A DNA stretch of 64,000 nt from positions 1 through 64,000 of the IMG/VR virus record IMGVR_UViG_3300010883_000009. One strand, written 5' to 3'. Below are positions 27,356-37,624 of the stretch, in pieces. Within the stretch, counting starts at the first letter, position 1. Every line of letters starts with the position of its first letter. The DNA is from a virus. The notes below the pieces were generated by a model. It saw only the letters and a list, made by a program, of their open reading frames with translations. It was not told the DNA's origin and searched no databases. A program made the translations under genes and the position numbers.

Positions 27356-29491
27356 ATGAACGAAGTAAATGTAGATATAGCGTCAAATTTGACACCTTTC
27401 GAAGAAAAGGTCTTCGAGGTGATAGAAGGAGTGCGTCAAAAAAGAGCGCCTAATACAGTAGTTCGCGTAGCAGGCGGATGGGTCAGGGATAAACTTCTTG
27501 ATACTCCATCGGATGATATCGACATTATGGTTGACAATATGAGCGGAGAAGCTTTCGCTCAAATCATGGCTGAAGAAATGGGTCTAAAAGGACCGGCTGT
27601 CATAAAAAGCAATCCCGATAAAACAAAAAACATTGAAACAGCCACGATGCGTGTTCCTATTGACGGAGAAGAAGTTGAATTAGATTTTGCCCAATGTCGA
27701 ACAGAAGAATATGGGGAAAATCGCAGAGAAGTAATTACTACCCCCGCTACCGCTGAAGAAGATGCTATGCGTAGAGATCTTACCATCGGTGCATTGTTCT
27801 ACAACGTTAACGAAAAGAAAGTCGAAGACTTCACTGGTAAGGGCTTGACAGACCTAATTACAGGAACCATTCGTACTCCTTACGATACCGGAGACGAATC
27901 CTCTACAGAGGAAGTTAAGAAAACCTTTATCGAAGATCCGCTGCGAGTCTTCAGGGCAATCCGTTTTGCTGCAAAGTACGAAGGAAATATTTCTCCTGCA
28001 ACTTTGGCATCTTTACAAGATCCAGAGGTAATCAACGCCATCTTCTTCTCTGAACGCAAGATCGCTACAGAAAGAATTGGTCAAGAATTCCAGAAAATGC
28101 TCAAAGGTCCGAACCCCGCCCTTGCAATTAAGCTCTTGAAAGAAACCGGGCTTATGCAGCACATTCTAAATGAATCTCTTAAGGGAACGGAATACGAAGA
28201 GGGCATGGAAGAACTCGATATGGAGCAGAATAATCCTCATCATGAAATGAATGTATGGGAACATACTTATCAGGTTCTAACCAACCTTATTCAACACTTC
28301 CCTGAAGATGATGAAGAAAAACGGATAATAATGATACTAGGAGCTTTGACGCATGATTTGGGCAAGCTATACACCAAGGTGCATGGCGATAGCGCGAGTC
28401 ATCCCGGCAGAACCTCTTATCATGGTCATGAAAAGGAAAGCAAATTTATTGCTGAGCATATCTTGCGCTTCTTGAAATTCGAGAATCAGATTGTAAAACA
28501 AGTCGCAGGACTAGCTCGTTATCATATGCAGCCTCACTCTCTTGAGAGAGGAGATGCTGCTTCGGGTTCTATGAGAAAGTTCATTCGTCGTATGGGAGAA
28601 CAGTCATTGAACTGGCTTGACGTATTCAACCTTTCTGTTGCGGATGCATACTCGAAAGGTCTTGAGGTTAAGCCTGAAACCATCGAATCTTATCAGCAAC
28701 TAAGAGAACAGCTAGAACAAGCGCTTGCATCAATGCAGATGGAAGAGACGAAAGTTAAACCTGTTCTTGATGGTCATCAAATCATGGAAGCCTTGCAAGT
28801 TAAGCCGGGTCCGCACATGGGTGTTGTTCAGGAATACCTTAAAGACATGATCGATAAATACCCTGAAACAACTGTTGAAGAAGCGGCAAGTCGCTTGCGG
28901 CAAGTCAGAGATCAAGCAGAAGTCATGATGAATGACGACACGAACCCGACAATTATCGAAGATTACATCGTCAATGTTATTCAAGCAGATGTAAAAACCG
29001 CTAGCGGATCGGGTAAGTACATTTCTGCCTGCGTTTGCCCACAACAACTCTTCAAACAGAAACATTCAGATGTACATCAATGTTTAAGAGAAGGCAATCT
29101 AACAAAAGCGGTTGCAATCATGAAAGAGTTCTCCTCAAAGTACCCTGAGGATGATAAGGTGGCTCGAATGACAGCTATTTCGATGTTTAATATCTTGTCG
29201 CAAGACATTAAGTTGCGCGACAATGACCTATTGCAATTTGCCCTCGACAGAACGGAGCACAGTATGTTTGACCCCGTATTGCATTCATATGCTGCTGGGC
29301 TTTTGATTCTTCTTAAGACGGTAACTGAACCTGATATCATTTTGCAAATGGGTAATGATATGGCTAAAATAAACCCCGGCATTCTTAGAGGCGTTCTCGA
29401 TGCTTTGCCGAAAGAGGTTTACCACGATGATATTCGCCAGCAACTAAAGGCAGCAATAGATGGAGATTTGAAAGATGGATCAGATGGTTAA
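27356..29491 (+). CDS. cca: CCA-adding tRNA nucleotidyltransferase (class II) with HD domain
   Basis: GGWVRD, DIDI, EDAMRRDLT, EDPLRVFRAIRF; HD motifs VWEHT, HDLGK, GHE. Confidence 0.85.
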   Translation: MNEVNVDIASNLTPFEEKVFEVIEGVRQKRAPNTVVRVAGGWVRDKLLDTPSDDIDIMVDNMSGEAFAQIMAEEMGLKGPAVIKSNPDKTKNIETATMRVPIDGEEVELDFAQCRTEEYGENRREVITTPATAEEDAMRRDLTIGALFYNVNEKKVEDFTGKGLTDLITGTIRTPYDTGDESSTEEVKKTFIEDPLRVFRAIRFAAKYEGNISPATLASLQDPEVINAIFFSERKIATERIGQEFQKMLKGPNPALAIKLLKETGLMQHILNESLKGTEYEEGMEELDMEQNNPHHEMNVWEHTYQVLTNLIQHFPEDDEEKRIIMILGALTHDLGKLYTKVHGDSASHPGRTSYHGHEKESKFIAEHILRFLKFENQIVKQVAGLARYHMQPHSLERGDAASGSMRKFIRRMGEQSLNWLDVFNLSVADAYSKGLEVKPETIESYQQLREQLEQALASMQMEETKVKPVLDGHQIMEALQVKPGPHMGVVQEYLKDMIDKYPETTVEEAASRLRQVRDQAEVMMNDDTNPTIIEDYIVNVIQADVKTASGSGKYISACVCPQQLFKQKHSDVHQCLREGNLTKAVAIMKEFSSKYPEDDKVARMTAISMFNILSQDIKLRDNDLLQFALDRTEHSMFDPVLHSYAAGLLILLKTVTEPDIILQMGNDMAKINPGILRGVLDALPKEVYHDDIRQQLKAAIDGDLKDGSDG

Positions 29492-30110
29492 AACAGCAGT
29501 AAAGAAAATCCCTGATGCTGAAGAGCTAGCCGCGTATGTGGAAGCCCTGAATATTCATTTGGAAAACGGCAAGATCAAAGACCCCGATATTGAGAAGTTA
29601 GTCAAAAATCTCCCTTACCCTGACTCTATCCGAATCGGCTTTTCAGAAGAAGAATGCAGAATCGTATTCGAGTCCATTGGGTATGCTTGGAAAAAGATTT
29701 CAGGTCAGGATATTATTGAAGAAGCAAAAATCGAACGTCCTCCAAAAGGGTTGGAAGGAAACTATTGGATGATGACAAACGGAGTTCTGCTCGAAGGTCC
29801 AAATCATTTTACCATCGTAAAGCAAAATATGGGAATGTTTTCGACTCTATTGAATATTTCAACGTTTGTTATGCATGAAAAAATAGCATCTCCGCCTGAC
29901 GAGTTGATTAAAACCATCATTGATCACGGCGGTATGCGTATTTTCATCAACAAAGACAAGAAGATGTACTGCCAAGTCAACGCCAAAGAGTACTCAAAAT
30001 GGGCTAGACAAAAGATTAAAAAGCTTGATATGAAAAACAAAATAATAAAAGTCATAGATACTTCACGTCCCTATCATGGTTGGAAGACTGGGGTTACTAT
30101 TCTGCTTTAA
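29475..30110 (+). CDS. Hypothetical protein (211 aa)
   Basis: Overlaps cca end; MVKTA motif. Confidence 0.6.
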   Translation: MDQMVKTAVKKIPDAEELAAYVEALNIHLENGKIKDPDIEKLVKNLPYPDSIRIGFSEEECRIVFESIGYAWKKISGQDIIEEAKIERPPKGLEGNYWMMTNGVLLEGPNHFTIVKQNMGMFSTLLNISTFVMHEKIASPPDELIKTIIDHGGMRIFINKDKKMYCQVNAKEYSKWARQKIKKLDMKNKIIKVIDTSRPYHGWKTGVTILL

Positions 30111-30141
30111 AGGGTTGGAAATCAGGAATCCTAATCAAACT

Positions 30142-33100
30142 CTAAACGACATTAGATCTGTGAATCGCTAAGGCCGTCTTATACCAATTGTAATTGCTTC
30201 CACGAACAAGTTTTCTGTCAACACTTTTTGCAAGCCACATCCAATCTGCCCCATAATCTTGTTCCATCTCTGCAATAAACTGTCCACCATCTTCTGCATC
30301 TTGTGGACTAACTGGAGTCGGTTTTTGTTCTTGAAAATCAGCGGACTTCAACTGTTTTTCCCTTTCTACCATTTCTACTACATCCTTTAAAAGAGATTGC
30401 GGCAAAGCTTCTTCAAACAAGCTGTTGACAGTTGTCATATCTACGCTATAAAGTGTCGATGGTGGCCCAAACATTAACAACAACAAATCCTCAATTCCAA
30501 ACAACGTTCTTAGTTTTTGTGGAGTGTTCCGATCTATGTAGCTTTTGAAACGACTAACAAACGCATCCGCATCATAGAAATTATACGCATTTTGAAGAAT
30601 CTCTTGACACCCGTTTAAAAACTGCTTATAGTCTTCTCTTTGACTCAATTCATTAATAAACTTATCTGGTGAATAAGGGTTTCGTTCAGTCGTGTCCTCT
30701 GGTACAACGATCTCTTCATCAAATGTTATATCCTCAACTTTTTTCCCAACGTCTGACAATTGAGATTGCAATTGGTCTTCAACCTTAGATCTCATGAATT
30801 TACGCAAAAAGAACTGAGTGAACATATTCGTCATATTGTCTATCTGTTCTTCTTTAGACATGCTATTTAATGCTTCGATAGCGCTATCGTTAAATTCAGG
30901 CATTGCCGTATCCATTTTTGACAACGCTTCCTGTTTGCTCATCCCTAAAAACTCCCATGCAAAAGCGTCAATTATATCAGATTTGATTTGACTCAAGAAG
31001 CCTTCTGTTATTCTATCAGGGAACGGATAATTAGATTCAAAATACTCATGGATTCTTTGTTTAATATGTTGAAGGTTTCCATATGTAATTGCGGCAATTT
31101 CTTGGGGAGAACTTACCCATTGAGACTCACTCTCTATCTCCTCGCTTCTGCCTTCTACGACTTGATCTAAAAACGAATGGGCAATTTCATGCCATAACGT
31201 GTTTTCTTCAGAGAAAGACAGATCTTTTTCTATTGCATCAATTCCTAATTCGTTCAAAACCTGCTCTGAAGTGGGCATGCCGTTGATTTGATCAGTAAAT
31301 ACAACTATTGTAGCATCTGTTCCAAACATGCTATATTTACCTGCAAAAAAGCCATTAGCATCTTGTGGAGTAGCTGGGAAATATTTAGCTCCTTCTTCTC
31401 CTAACAAACTCATATATTTAGATGCGTTAATAAAATAGATATTCATCTTTTTAAGTTCTTGCATCGCTCGTTCAGTTTTAGGTATATATCCTTCTGAATC
31501 AGGGGAATATGCCTCTTCAGTACCAACATTAGAGTTTACGAAATCTACTACTCGTTGATATACTTCTGGGAAATCTGTTATCTTATTCTTTTTAACTGCA
31601 TCCGATTCTAAAAACGATGGAAGTTTACTCCTCACTTCTTTATGGACTTCCTTCTCTTTGCTTTCAAGTATTTTGCGTACCGCTTCCCTTAGCTTTTCTG
31701 AGTCTCCTGCGCATTGCATGTGGTCAATTACTTTTTTAATATCGTTTACGCTTCCCTGCGCTTTCTCAAGAACTTTGGAACAAGGGAACAATCCTGACAA
31801 ATAGAAAAACCATGAGCCTACATCTCCAGAAACGGCGGATCTAACTCGCATTGGAACCTTACTCCAAAAATCCATTGCAGATTGCATTTTGAAAGGCCAC
31901 ATTTGCGTCCAATGGATTTTTGAATCTTGTCGATAAGTACCGGCATCAAGTATTTCATTCCCTTGAACTAAATTAGAAAACATATCCGTTCCTGCCGCTT
32001 CCGTTAAATCCTTTATGGTTTTTGACTTTACTATTTGCAAATAATCATGATCTGTCATGTCCTCACTAGATAACTTTTGATTTATCCATTCGTTAGACAA
32101 ATCGGCTTCTTCCTTAATGGTCATTCTAGTGGCTCTTTTTAGATAGTCAATATAAGAGTCGCTATAGGATGACGTAACAGAATTAGGATCGGTTCTATCT
32201 TGACCCCCTTTGGCTAAATCTTGATATATTCCTTTTTCTTCATTTATAGCATACACACTTGGCGGTAAGCTTTCTGGTATATTTTCAACGTCTCTAGATC
32301 TAAGGTCTCTGTCTAAATCCTGTTGCCAATTAATTTCCCAGTAATCTTCAATACTAGAATTTATAACCTTGCCCGCTTCATGCAATACTTCTATGCGTAT
32401 TACTTGTGGCCCTAACATCAAATTTTTAACTATTCCAAATTGGGCAGAATTATCAATCGTCACAGTAAGCGGATTGTCTTCAGTCAAAAACTCTTGATTG
32501 TTTTCATAAGCGTTATTTACATCTTGCAACTCCTGAAGCATTTCAGTCCCATACAACATCCAATTTTCCCCGTTATAATGCTGTTGAGATCTAACTTTTT
32601 CCATTTTGTCTCTAAAGTTCCCACTATTTAATAAATAACGGTATATGTCAAATGAAAGCGCCCTTTCTTGTGGAGAAAGCTTCTTCCAATTATCAGGGTT
32701 GCTTGTGTCCATCTCTGACATCTTTTGCGATCCATCCAATATAGCAAAGGTCTCTTTTGATGGAAATTCTAGATAGTCTTTTACATATTGCTTTCTTTGT
32801 TCAATTGATCCGTTTTGCATTGCAGACGCTATCGACGGATATTGTTGAGATATAAATTGTACAAAATCATCTGGATATGAATTGGGGGTTGACAATATGT
32901 CGCTAGCCGTTTCTGCACTAAACCTAGACCTAGAGAATTTTTGCATTATGGTCTGATATACCCAATCTGGCATGTCAGATGGAATTCCGTATTTGAGTTG
33001 GGCTTTTTGTAGGAACGAGTCTAATGCCCCCTTGATCATTCTCTCATCCATATTCCATTGTAAACATTTTTGGATGTCCCATAAGCTCAAATATACATAG

Positions 33101-33279
33101 TTTGGATACCTGACAAAATACTTCAGACGCATAGAGGCATCATTCGTATCAAGAGTGAATCTCCTTATCTTGTCTTTTTGGTCGTTTGTAAGTTCGTTCT
33201 CAGGAGGCATATTGTCAATATCATGACCGCCGACACCGGACATGAACTCATCAACCCCTGATAATCTATATATATTCAT
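30142..33279 (-). CDS. Large leader-bearing protein with HExxH zinc metallopeptidase motif
   Basis: MNIYRLS leader; LWHEIAH plus downstream PQEIAA; C-terminal NWYKTA. Confidence 0.6.
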   Translation of the reverse strand: MNIYRLSGVDEFMSGVGGHDIDNMPPENELTNDQKDKIRRFTLDTNDASMRLKYFVRYPNYVYLSLWDIQKCLQWNMDERMIKGALDSFLQKAQLKYGIPSDMPDWVYQTIMQKFSRSRFSAETASDILSTPNSYPDDFVQFISQQYPSIASAMQNGSIEQRKQYVKDYLEFPSKETFAILDGSQKMSEMDTSNPDNWKKLSPQERALSFDIYRYLLNSGNFRDKMEKVRSQQHYNGENWMLYGTEMLQELQDVNNAYENNQEFLTEDNPLTVTIDNSAQFGIVKNLMLGPQVIRIEVLHEAGKVINSSIEDYWEINWQQDLDRDLRSRDVENIPESLPPSVYAINEEKGIYQDLAKGGQDRTDPNSVTSSYSDSYIDYLKRATRMTIKEEADLSNEWINQKLSSEDMTDHDYLQIVKSKTIKDLTEAAGTDMFSNLVQGNEILDAGTYRQDSKIHWTQMWPFKMQSAMDFWSKVPMRVRSAVSGDVGSWFFYLSGLFPCSKVLEKAQGSVNDIKKVIDHMQCAGDSEKLREAVRKILESKEKEVHKEVRSKLPSFLESDAVKKNKITDFPEVYQRVVDFVNSNVGTEEAYSPDSEGYIPKTERAMQELKKMNIYFINASKYMSLLGEEGAKYFPATPQDANGFFAGKYSMFGTDATIVVFTDQINGMPTSEQVLNELGIDAIEKDLSFSEENTLWHEIAHSFLDQVVEGRSEEIESESQWVSSPQEIAAITYGNLQHIKQRIHEYFESNYPFPDRITEGFLSQIKSDIIDAFAWEFLGMSKQEALSKMDTAMPEFNDSAIEALNSMSKEEQIDNMTNMFTQFFLRKFMRSKVEDQLQSQLSDVGKKVEDITFDEEIVVPEDTTERNPYSPDKFINELSQREDYKQFLNGCQEILQNAYNFYDADAFVSRFKSYIDRNTPQKLRTLFGIEDLLLLMFGPPSTLYSVDMTTVNSLFEEALPQSLLKDVVEMVEREKQLKSADFQEQKPTPVSPQDAEDGGQFIAEMEQDYGADWMWLAKSVDRKLVRGSNYNWYKTALAIHRSNVV

Positions 33280-33388
33280 ACATTATATCTTCTTTTTTAT
33301 ACTGCTAAAAACATTTTTATTTTTGGTTGACACCCCTGTTTGATATTGCAATTGATATTGTATAATACTAAAAAGGAGATTTAATATC

Positions 33389-33868
33389 ATGAGCGCATGG
33401 GTAGAAGGTAAACTTGATCTTAAATGTAGCTTAGACGTTTTACGTAAAGCTATCATCAATATCCATCCTGAATGGGAAGACCATCTTATAATTGACAAAG
33501 AAGGTCATATCCCGATGTATCGCTTCGACGGACAGAGAGAATACAACGGGAAAGGTGGAGACAAAGAGGTTCATGTCCTGATTCCCGGTAGCGGTCATCC
33601 AATAACAGAAACTCCTCCAAATCGCGGAGCGCATAACGATTGGGGATTCCGTCGTTCACAAGACGGAAAATGGGAAGTAACTTTTGCAGACTTCGGATTG
33701 TCACAAGCCAATCATCTTGAGAATCAAATAAAGAGCGAAGTAGCCCTTATGAAAGCAAAAGCGATTGCTAAAATGCGAGGGTTTGAAGTTCTAGCTCAAG
33801 ATGAAACTGACCAAGAGAAGCACGTTGACATAAGAGTTGACTCAAGCGTTTACGAACAAATGTCGTAA
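33389..33868 (+). CDS. DUF1257 (Ycf35-like) paralog
   Basis: Clear similarity to 62391..62822 (GKLDLKCSLDVLRKAI vs GKIELKCSLNILKKAL; MKAKAIAKMRGFEVL vs MKALALAQMRGYEVL). Confidence 0.6.
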   Translation: MSAWVEGKLDLKCSLDVLRKAIINIHPEWEDHLIIDKEGHIPMYRFDGQREYNGKGGDKEVHVLIPGSGHPITETPPNRGAHNDWGFRRSQDGKWEVTFADFGLSQANHLENQIKSEVALMKAKAIAKMRGFEVLAQDETDQEKHVDIRVDSSVYEQMS

Positions 33869-36220
33869 ACTGTCAATCCTCTTGGCGTACTTATACCAAC
33901 TCATAACACTAGCTTGTTGAGGATAAACAGGTACAACCTGCCCTCTTTCGTTAATAGTATATTCATTGGTCGGCATTTCATCGAAAAACGGCAAGTTCTG
34001 CTGTCCCTGATCTTTAAGAGATTTCTCCCCTTGCATACGTTTTGCTCGTTCTTCATAGTTGTATAGTAACGCCTGAACGTTAGGTGGCATTTCCTTGAAA
34101 TCAACATCTACATCAGAAGCAACTATTCCCTGCACAAGCCTTTGTAACTGTTCAGGGGACATTTCTTCTATCGCAGCCTTTCCATCATGTGTTAACATAG
34201 ATTCCCAGTTACCTTTCAAAAAGTAATTTAACCATATCCCCGTAAAATGTCGCTCTCGATCTTGCTCGTCATAGGGAGTCTCGTAGTAGTTATCCCTGAA
34301 GTTATCAGGAGCATAGTCCATTTCAGTTGGATCTTCCGCGATCTTCTCCCACCATATGTTTTCTACCATTTCCCTTATTTGTTCTTGGTCGCCGGGGTAT
34401 CCTTCTGACTCTTCAACATAGTATTGGGTGTATTCGCTTTGATCATACATCGCATCAGTTTCGTATTTAGTAGGATCTGTTTCAATGTATTTCATCCAAG
34501 CATTGTCTAAAGCGTCTTTAACCTCTTGGATTCCGCGAATGTCGCTTTCACCTATGGGTTCAAGCAAAGTATTATTTTTCTCCCATGCCTCATGGTCAAC
34601 TGCATAATCTGTTTCTTCATTCTCGTCACCCCTCCAATAAGATCTGCGATAATCGTCTTCTTGGGGTTCTCTCCATTCTTCTGCGAGAATGGATTCAGGG
34701 TTTGTGTCCCCTTCAGATTGTTTTAGTTTCTCAATGGCTTGAGAGAAAGGATGCTTCTTAGCTTTCTCTATAATGTCATCAGGAAAGGTTGCCAAAGTCT
34801 CATCCTTAAGATTGTACATCTTCCAAGGTTCAGTTTGTACGATCTCTTCCAAGGTTCTACGAATAGTTTCGTTTACTTCTACATCTTCCAAAATCTCTTT
34901 AGGCAAGTGGTCAATTTCTCGGAAGAAATTGTTTCGTAATTTCCCGTTTTCGTTAGGAACCCTAAGCGATATTAGAACAGACTGTGTGACAAAATCTAAT
35001 GTCTCTGGCAGTACTTGAACGCGAATGTCTTGAGGAAGTTCAGAGTAATAACCAACCTCATTATTTAGCTGAAAATAGTGTCGCCCTTTTTCCTGTTTCC
35101 GAATTCCAACGTCAATCGCCTTGACAATATCCTGTACAACTTCAGGGTTCTGTCTGTTCTCTTTAGAAAGACGATCAATCAGCCGAGGCTCTTTAGTGAT
35201 CTGCTCAACGAATTTTTTGTATTTCTGAGGGTCGAGAAGATTATCATTTAGCTTCTTGGCTTCCATTAACTCTGCGTAATGGTAATCATTGCCGGGATCA
35301 ATGCCCTTCGCGTTAAGGAACTCTTCGATCTCTTCTGTATAAGCAAACGGTGCTCTATTTCTCTCGCCTTGGATTTCTGCCAATCGCCCTCCATCCATAC
35401 GAATAGCTACTTCCGCCTTACCATCAAGGATATACAGATAGAAGTCTCCCTTGGTAAGATATGGTACTGCCATGCCCGATCCAGTACACCATCCATTAGG
35501 AACGCTATAGCCTACGAGTTTGTTGACATTATCTTGGAAGTTGGAAGGATCGTTTTGTTGGCTAGGAAGCCTGATCCAACCGTTACCATCCTTCATTTTC
35601 GTCCCCGGGACTACTTCTGTGGACTGCTGATTGGCAACATTAACCTCGTTCATATACTGCTTATCGATTCTAAATTGCTCCGTGCCGCCCCCGTTGCGCA
35701 CTTTTTCATACAGAGCTGCTACTGCCATCTCATTCAGAGGCATCGTAGAACGTTTATTATTTGCTTTTGATTTATCGAAAATAGGTTTTAGTACTGTGTA
35801 CGCAAATGCGGGGGTTTGGGCGTATACGTCATTTCCTGATGTAAAATAAGACCACCAAGAGTCGAATATTCGCTGTTTCTGTCCATTGATAGCCTCTAAT
35901 ATGGATTCTTGAGCCTTTTCAGGGTCTTGCTGGTAGATTGCCCATGCCTGCTGAACTTGTGGATCTCCGGGATTCTGGTTGAATTCCGCTTCAAGGTCTA
36001 TTTCCTTGAGATATCGGTTAGAGTCTGATTTAGGGTCGATAGAGCGTTGCAAATCGGGTAGCAGGGAGGACGATATATGGGCATTAATGTCCTCTGAGGA
36101 CTTGATCTTATTCCACGGGATCAAGTTCTCATATTTTTGAATGAAGAAAGTAAGAAAGGGATCATCGATATTGTATCGCTGAACTTTCTCCTTAAAAGCT
36201 GCTAGCCGATAGATCCTCAT
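33842..36220 (-). CDS. Large leader-bearing protein (792 aa), polyvalent-protein-like WCT domain
   Basis: MRIYRLA leader; GWCTG...GDFYLY...VAIRM...EIQG..N; C-terminal SWYKYA. Confidence 0.55.
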   Translation of the reverse strand: MRIYRLAAFKEKVQRYNIDDPFLTFFIQKYENLIPWNKIKSSEDINAHISSSLLPDLQRSIDPKSDSNRYLKEIDLEAEFNQNPGDPQVQQAWAIYQQDPEKAQESILEAINGQKQRIFDSWWSYFTSGNDVYAQTPAFAYTVLKPIFDKSKANNKRSTMPLNEMAVAALYEKVRNGGGTEQFRIDKQYMNEVNVANQQSTEVVPGTKMKDGNGWIRLPSQQNDPSNFQDNVNKLVGYSVPNGWCTGSGMAVPYLTKGDFYLYILDGKAEVAIRMDGGRLAEIQGERNRAPFAYTEEIEEFLNAKGIDPGNDYHYAELMEAKKLNDNLLDPQKYKKFVEQITKEPRLIDRLSKENRQNPEVVQDIVKAIDVGIRKQEKGRHYFQLNNEVGYYSELPQDIRVQVLPETLDFVTQSVLISLRVPNENGKLRNNFFREIDHLPKEILEDVEVNETIRRTLEEIVQTEPWKMYNLKDETLATFPDDIIEKAKKHPFSQAIEKLKQSEGDTNPESILAEEWREPQEDDYRRSYWRGDENEETDYAVDHEAWEKNNTLLEPIGESDIRGIQEVKDALDNAWMKYIETDPTKYETDAMYDQSEYTQYYVEESEGYPGDQEQIREMVENIWWEKIAEDPTEMDYAPDNFRDNYYETPYDEQDRERHFTGIWLNYFLKGNWESMLTHDGKAAIEEMSPEQLQRLVQGIVASDVDVDFKEMPPNVQALLYNYEERAKRMQGEKSLKDQGQQNLPFFDEMPTNEYTINERGQVVPVYPQQASVMSWYKYAKRIDSLRHLFVNA

Positions 36221-36222
36221 GG

Positions 36223-36771
36223 TTATGTATTCAGTCCAACACCCTGTCCAGCATCATACATGTTAACGTTGGGTTGGATTTTTTCTTCAATCCATTTCGC
36301 ATTCGTTTTAATACCTTCTAAAGCTTCACGAACAGCGTCTAAATTAGCCGGATTTTCCTTGAAAGCTTTATAAAGTTTATCGCTCAGGGCGTTCATATGC
36401 AATGCCCGTGCTTCTGCCTCTTTAAGACTCTGAACTGTTTGTGCTTCTTTTTTGATGCCTTTTTCTTTCTTAGCTTGTTTCCCTGAAGATCCCCTACAAT
36501 TGTCGCAATAACTCTCCGTTGGATTAGATGGGTCGAATGTAAATACATTCTTGCACCCTTTCTTTTCACATCCCAACGTCTTAGGCTTTGCGGATGAACC
36601 TTCTGCTGCGTCAGATGTTTGAACTCCATCGAGAGGCTGAAGCTGATCAACTTGAGCAGTTGTACTTAAATCTGAGTCGTCTAACCATCCTGTTTGACGA
36701 CCTATCTGACTCCATTCTTTATGGGATAGTTTAATCGTAGCTTTACCTTCTGCTGTTCTTGTGATCTTCAT
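36223..36771 (-). CDS. Class-2 leader protein with Zn-finger
   Basis: MKITRTAEGKATIKLSHKEWSQIGRQTGW; CEKKGC...YCDNC; IKKEAQ. Confidence 0.6.
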   Translation of the reverse strand: MKITRTAEGKATIKLSHKEWSQIGRQTGWLDDSDLSTTAQVDQLQPLDGVQTSDAAEGSSAKPKTLGCEKKGCKNVFTFDPSNPTESYCDNCRGSSGKQAKKEKGIKKEAQTVQSLKEAEARALHMNALSDKLYKAFKENPANLDAVREALEGIKTNAKWIEEKIQPNVNMYDAGQGVGLNT

Positions 36772-36857
36772 TATTTCTCTCCTGTAAATTCAAAATCAAT
36801 TGCCATGATCATGTCTTTATTTCTGACTAACTGGTTCGTTTTACGGTAAATTCTCAT
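36771..36857 (-). CDS. Leader-bearing 28-aa micro-ORF (MRIYRKT)
   Basis: Manual translation; 6 nt after promoter motif at 36864-36892; TAATG coupling to the next gene. Confidence 0.45.
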   Translation of the reverse strand: MRIYRKTNQLVRNKDMIMAIDFEFTGEK

Positions 36858-36895
36858 GGATAATATTTCCACGAACCTAGATGAAAACCCTTGTA

Positions 36896-37459
36896 TTAGA
36901 CCATATACTCTACGGCTAACCCTTCGTCTACCAAAAGTCGATTCACATTTACGTTGTCGAAGTATACAGTTGCTAGATAGCGACCATATTTGCCTTTCTT
37001 ATCTTGATTGGTCTCAATGGTTATCTCTTTGTCCAAGATAAGCCCTTTAAGGCGGTCTCTAGCGACTCTTCCTTCAATAAGGGTTGGTCTTCTTAACTCA
37101 GGGGTGTTAATGCCATACAATCGAAATTTGGCGACAACAGTGGTATTAAAACCTAGATTAACTATGGATCGAGTAATGGTATCGCCGTCATAGATTCTTT
37201 CTACTTGACATTTGTACTTACAAACGCGATGCCAAGGTTCGGTAACGACAGTTGCCTGCCAGAATCTACTGTTGGGATCTTTGGGGTGTTTTGTATCAAA
37301 GACATAGGTTTCGCCAAGATCTAGTTTTGTCTTTTTGCTAACAAGTAAATCTTTTTCAGCAAAGACGCCAAACCCTAATGCGAAACGAACTGGAACTGCA
37401 CCATTAGGCAATCTGCTTCCAGCGATATACCCTTCGTATCTGTACAGTTTGGGACTCAT
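36896..37459 (-). CDS. Thermonuclease (SNase-like)
   Basis: YDGDTI, RLYGINTPE, KYGRYLA, NVNRLLVDEGLA. Confidence 0.85.
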   Translation of the reverse strand: MSPKLYRYEGYIAGSRLPNGAVPVRFALGFGVFAEKDLLVSKKTKLDLGETYVFDTKHPKDPNSRFWQATVVTEPWHRVCKYKCQVERIYDGDTITRSIVNLGFNTTVVAKFRLYGINTPELRRPTLIEGRVARDRLKGLILDKEITIETNQDKKGKYGRYLATVYFDNVNVNRLLVDEGLAVEYMV

Positions 37460-37623
37460 AATTCATCTTCGTTGATGAATTCACAATGTTCCTTGCAAGA
37501 AGGGCATATGCCCGTGTCTGAATAGTTAGGTCCATCTTCAGAAACCATACGATCTTTGGTTCCGCAACAATTAGATATAAGGATTTCTTCTACGAAAGCT
37601 ATAGCTAATCTGTATATTTTCAT
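37456..37623 (-). CDS. Leader-bearing 55-aa Zn-binding protein
   Basis: Manual translation MKIYRLAIAF...SNCCG...GICPSCKEHC; ATGA overlap with nuclease gene. Confidence 0.6.
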   Translation of the reverse strand: MKIYRLAIAFVEEILISNCCGTKDRMVSEDGPNYSDTGICPSCKEHCEFINEDEL

Positions 37624-37624
37624 C

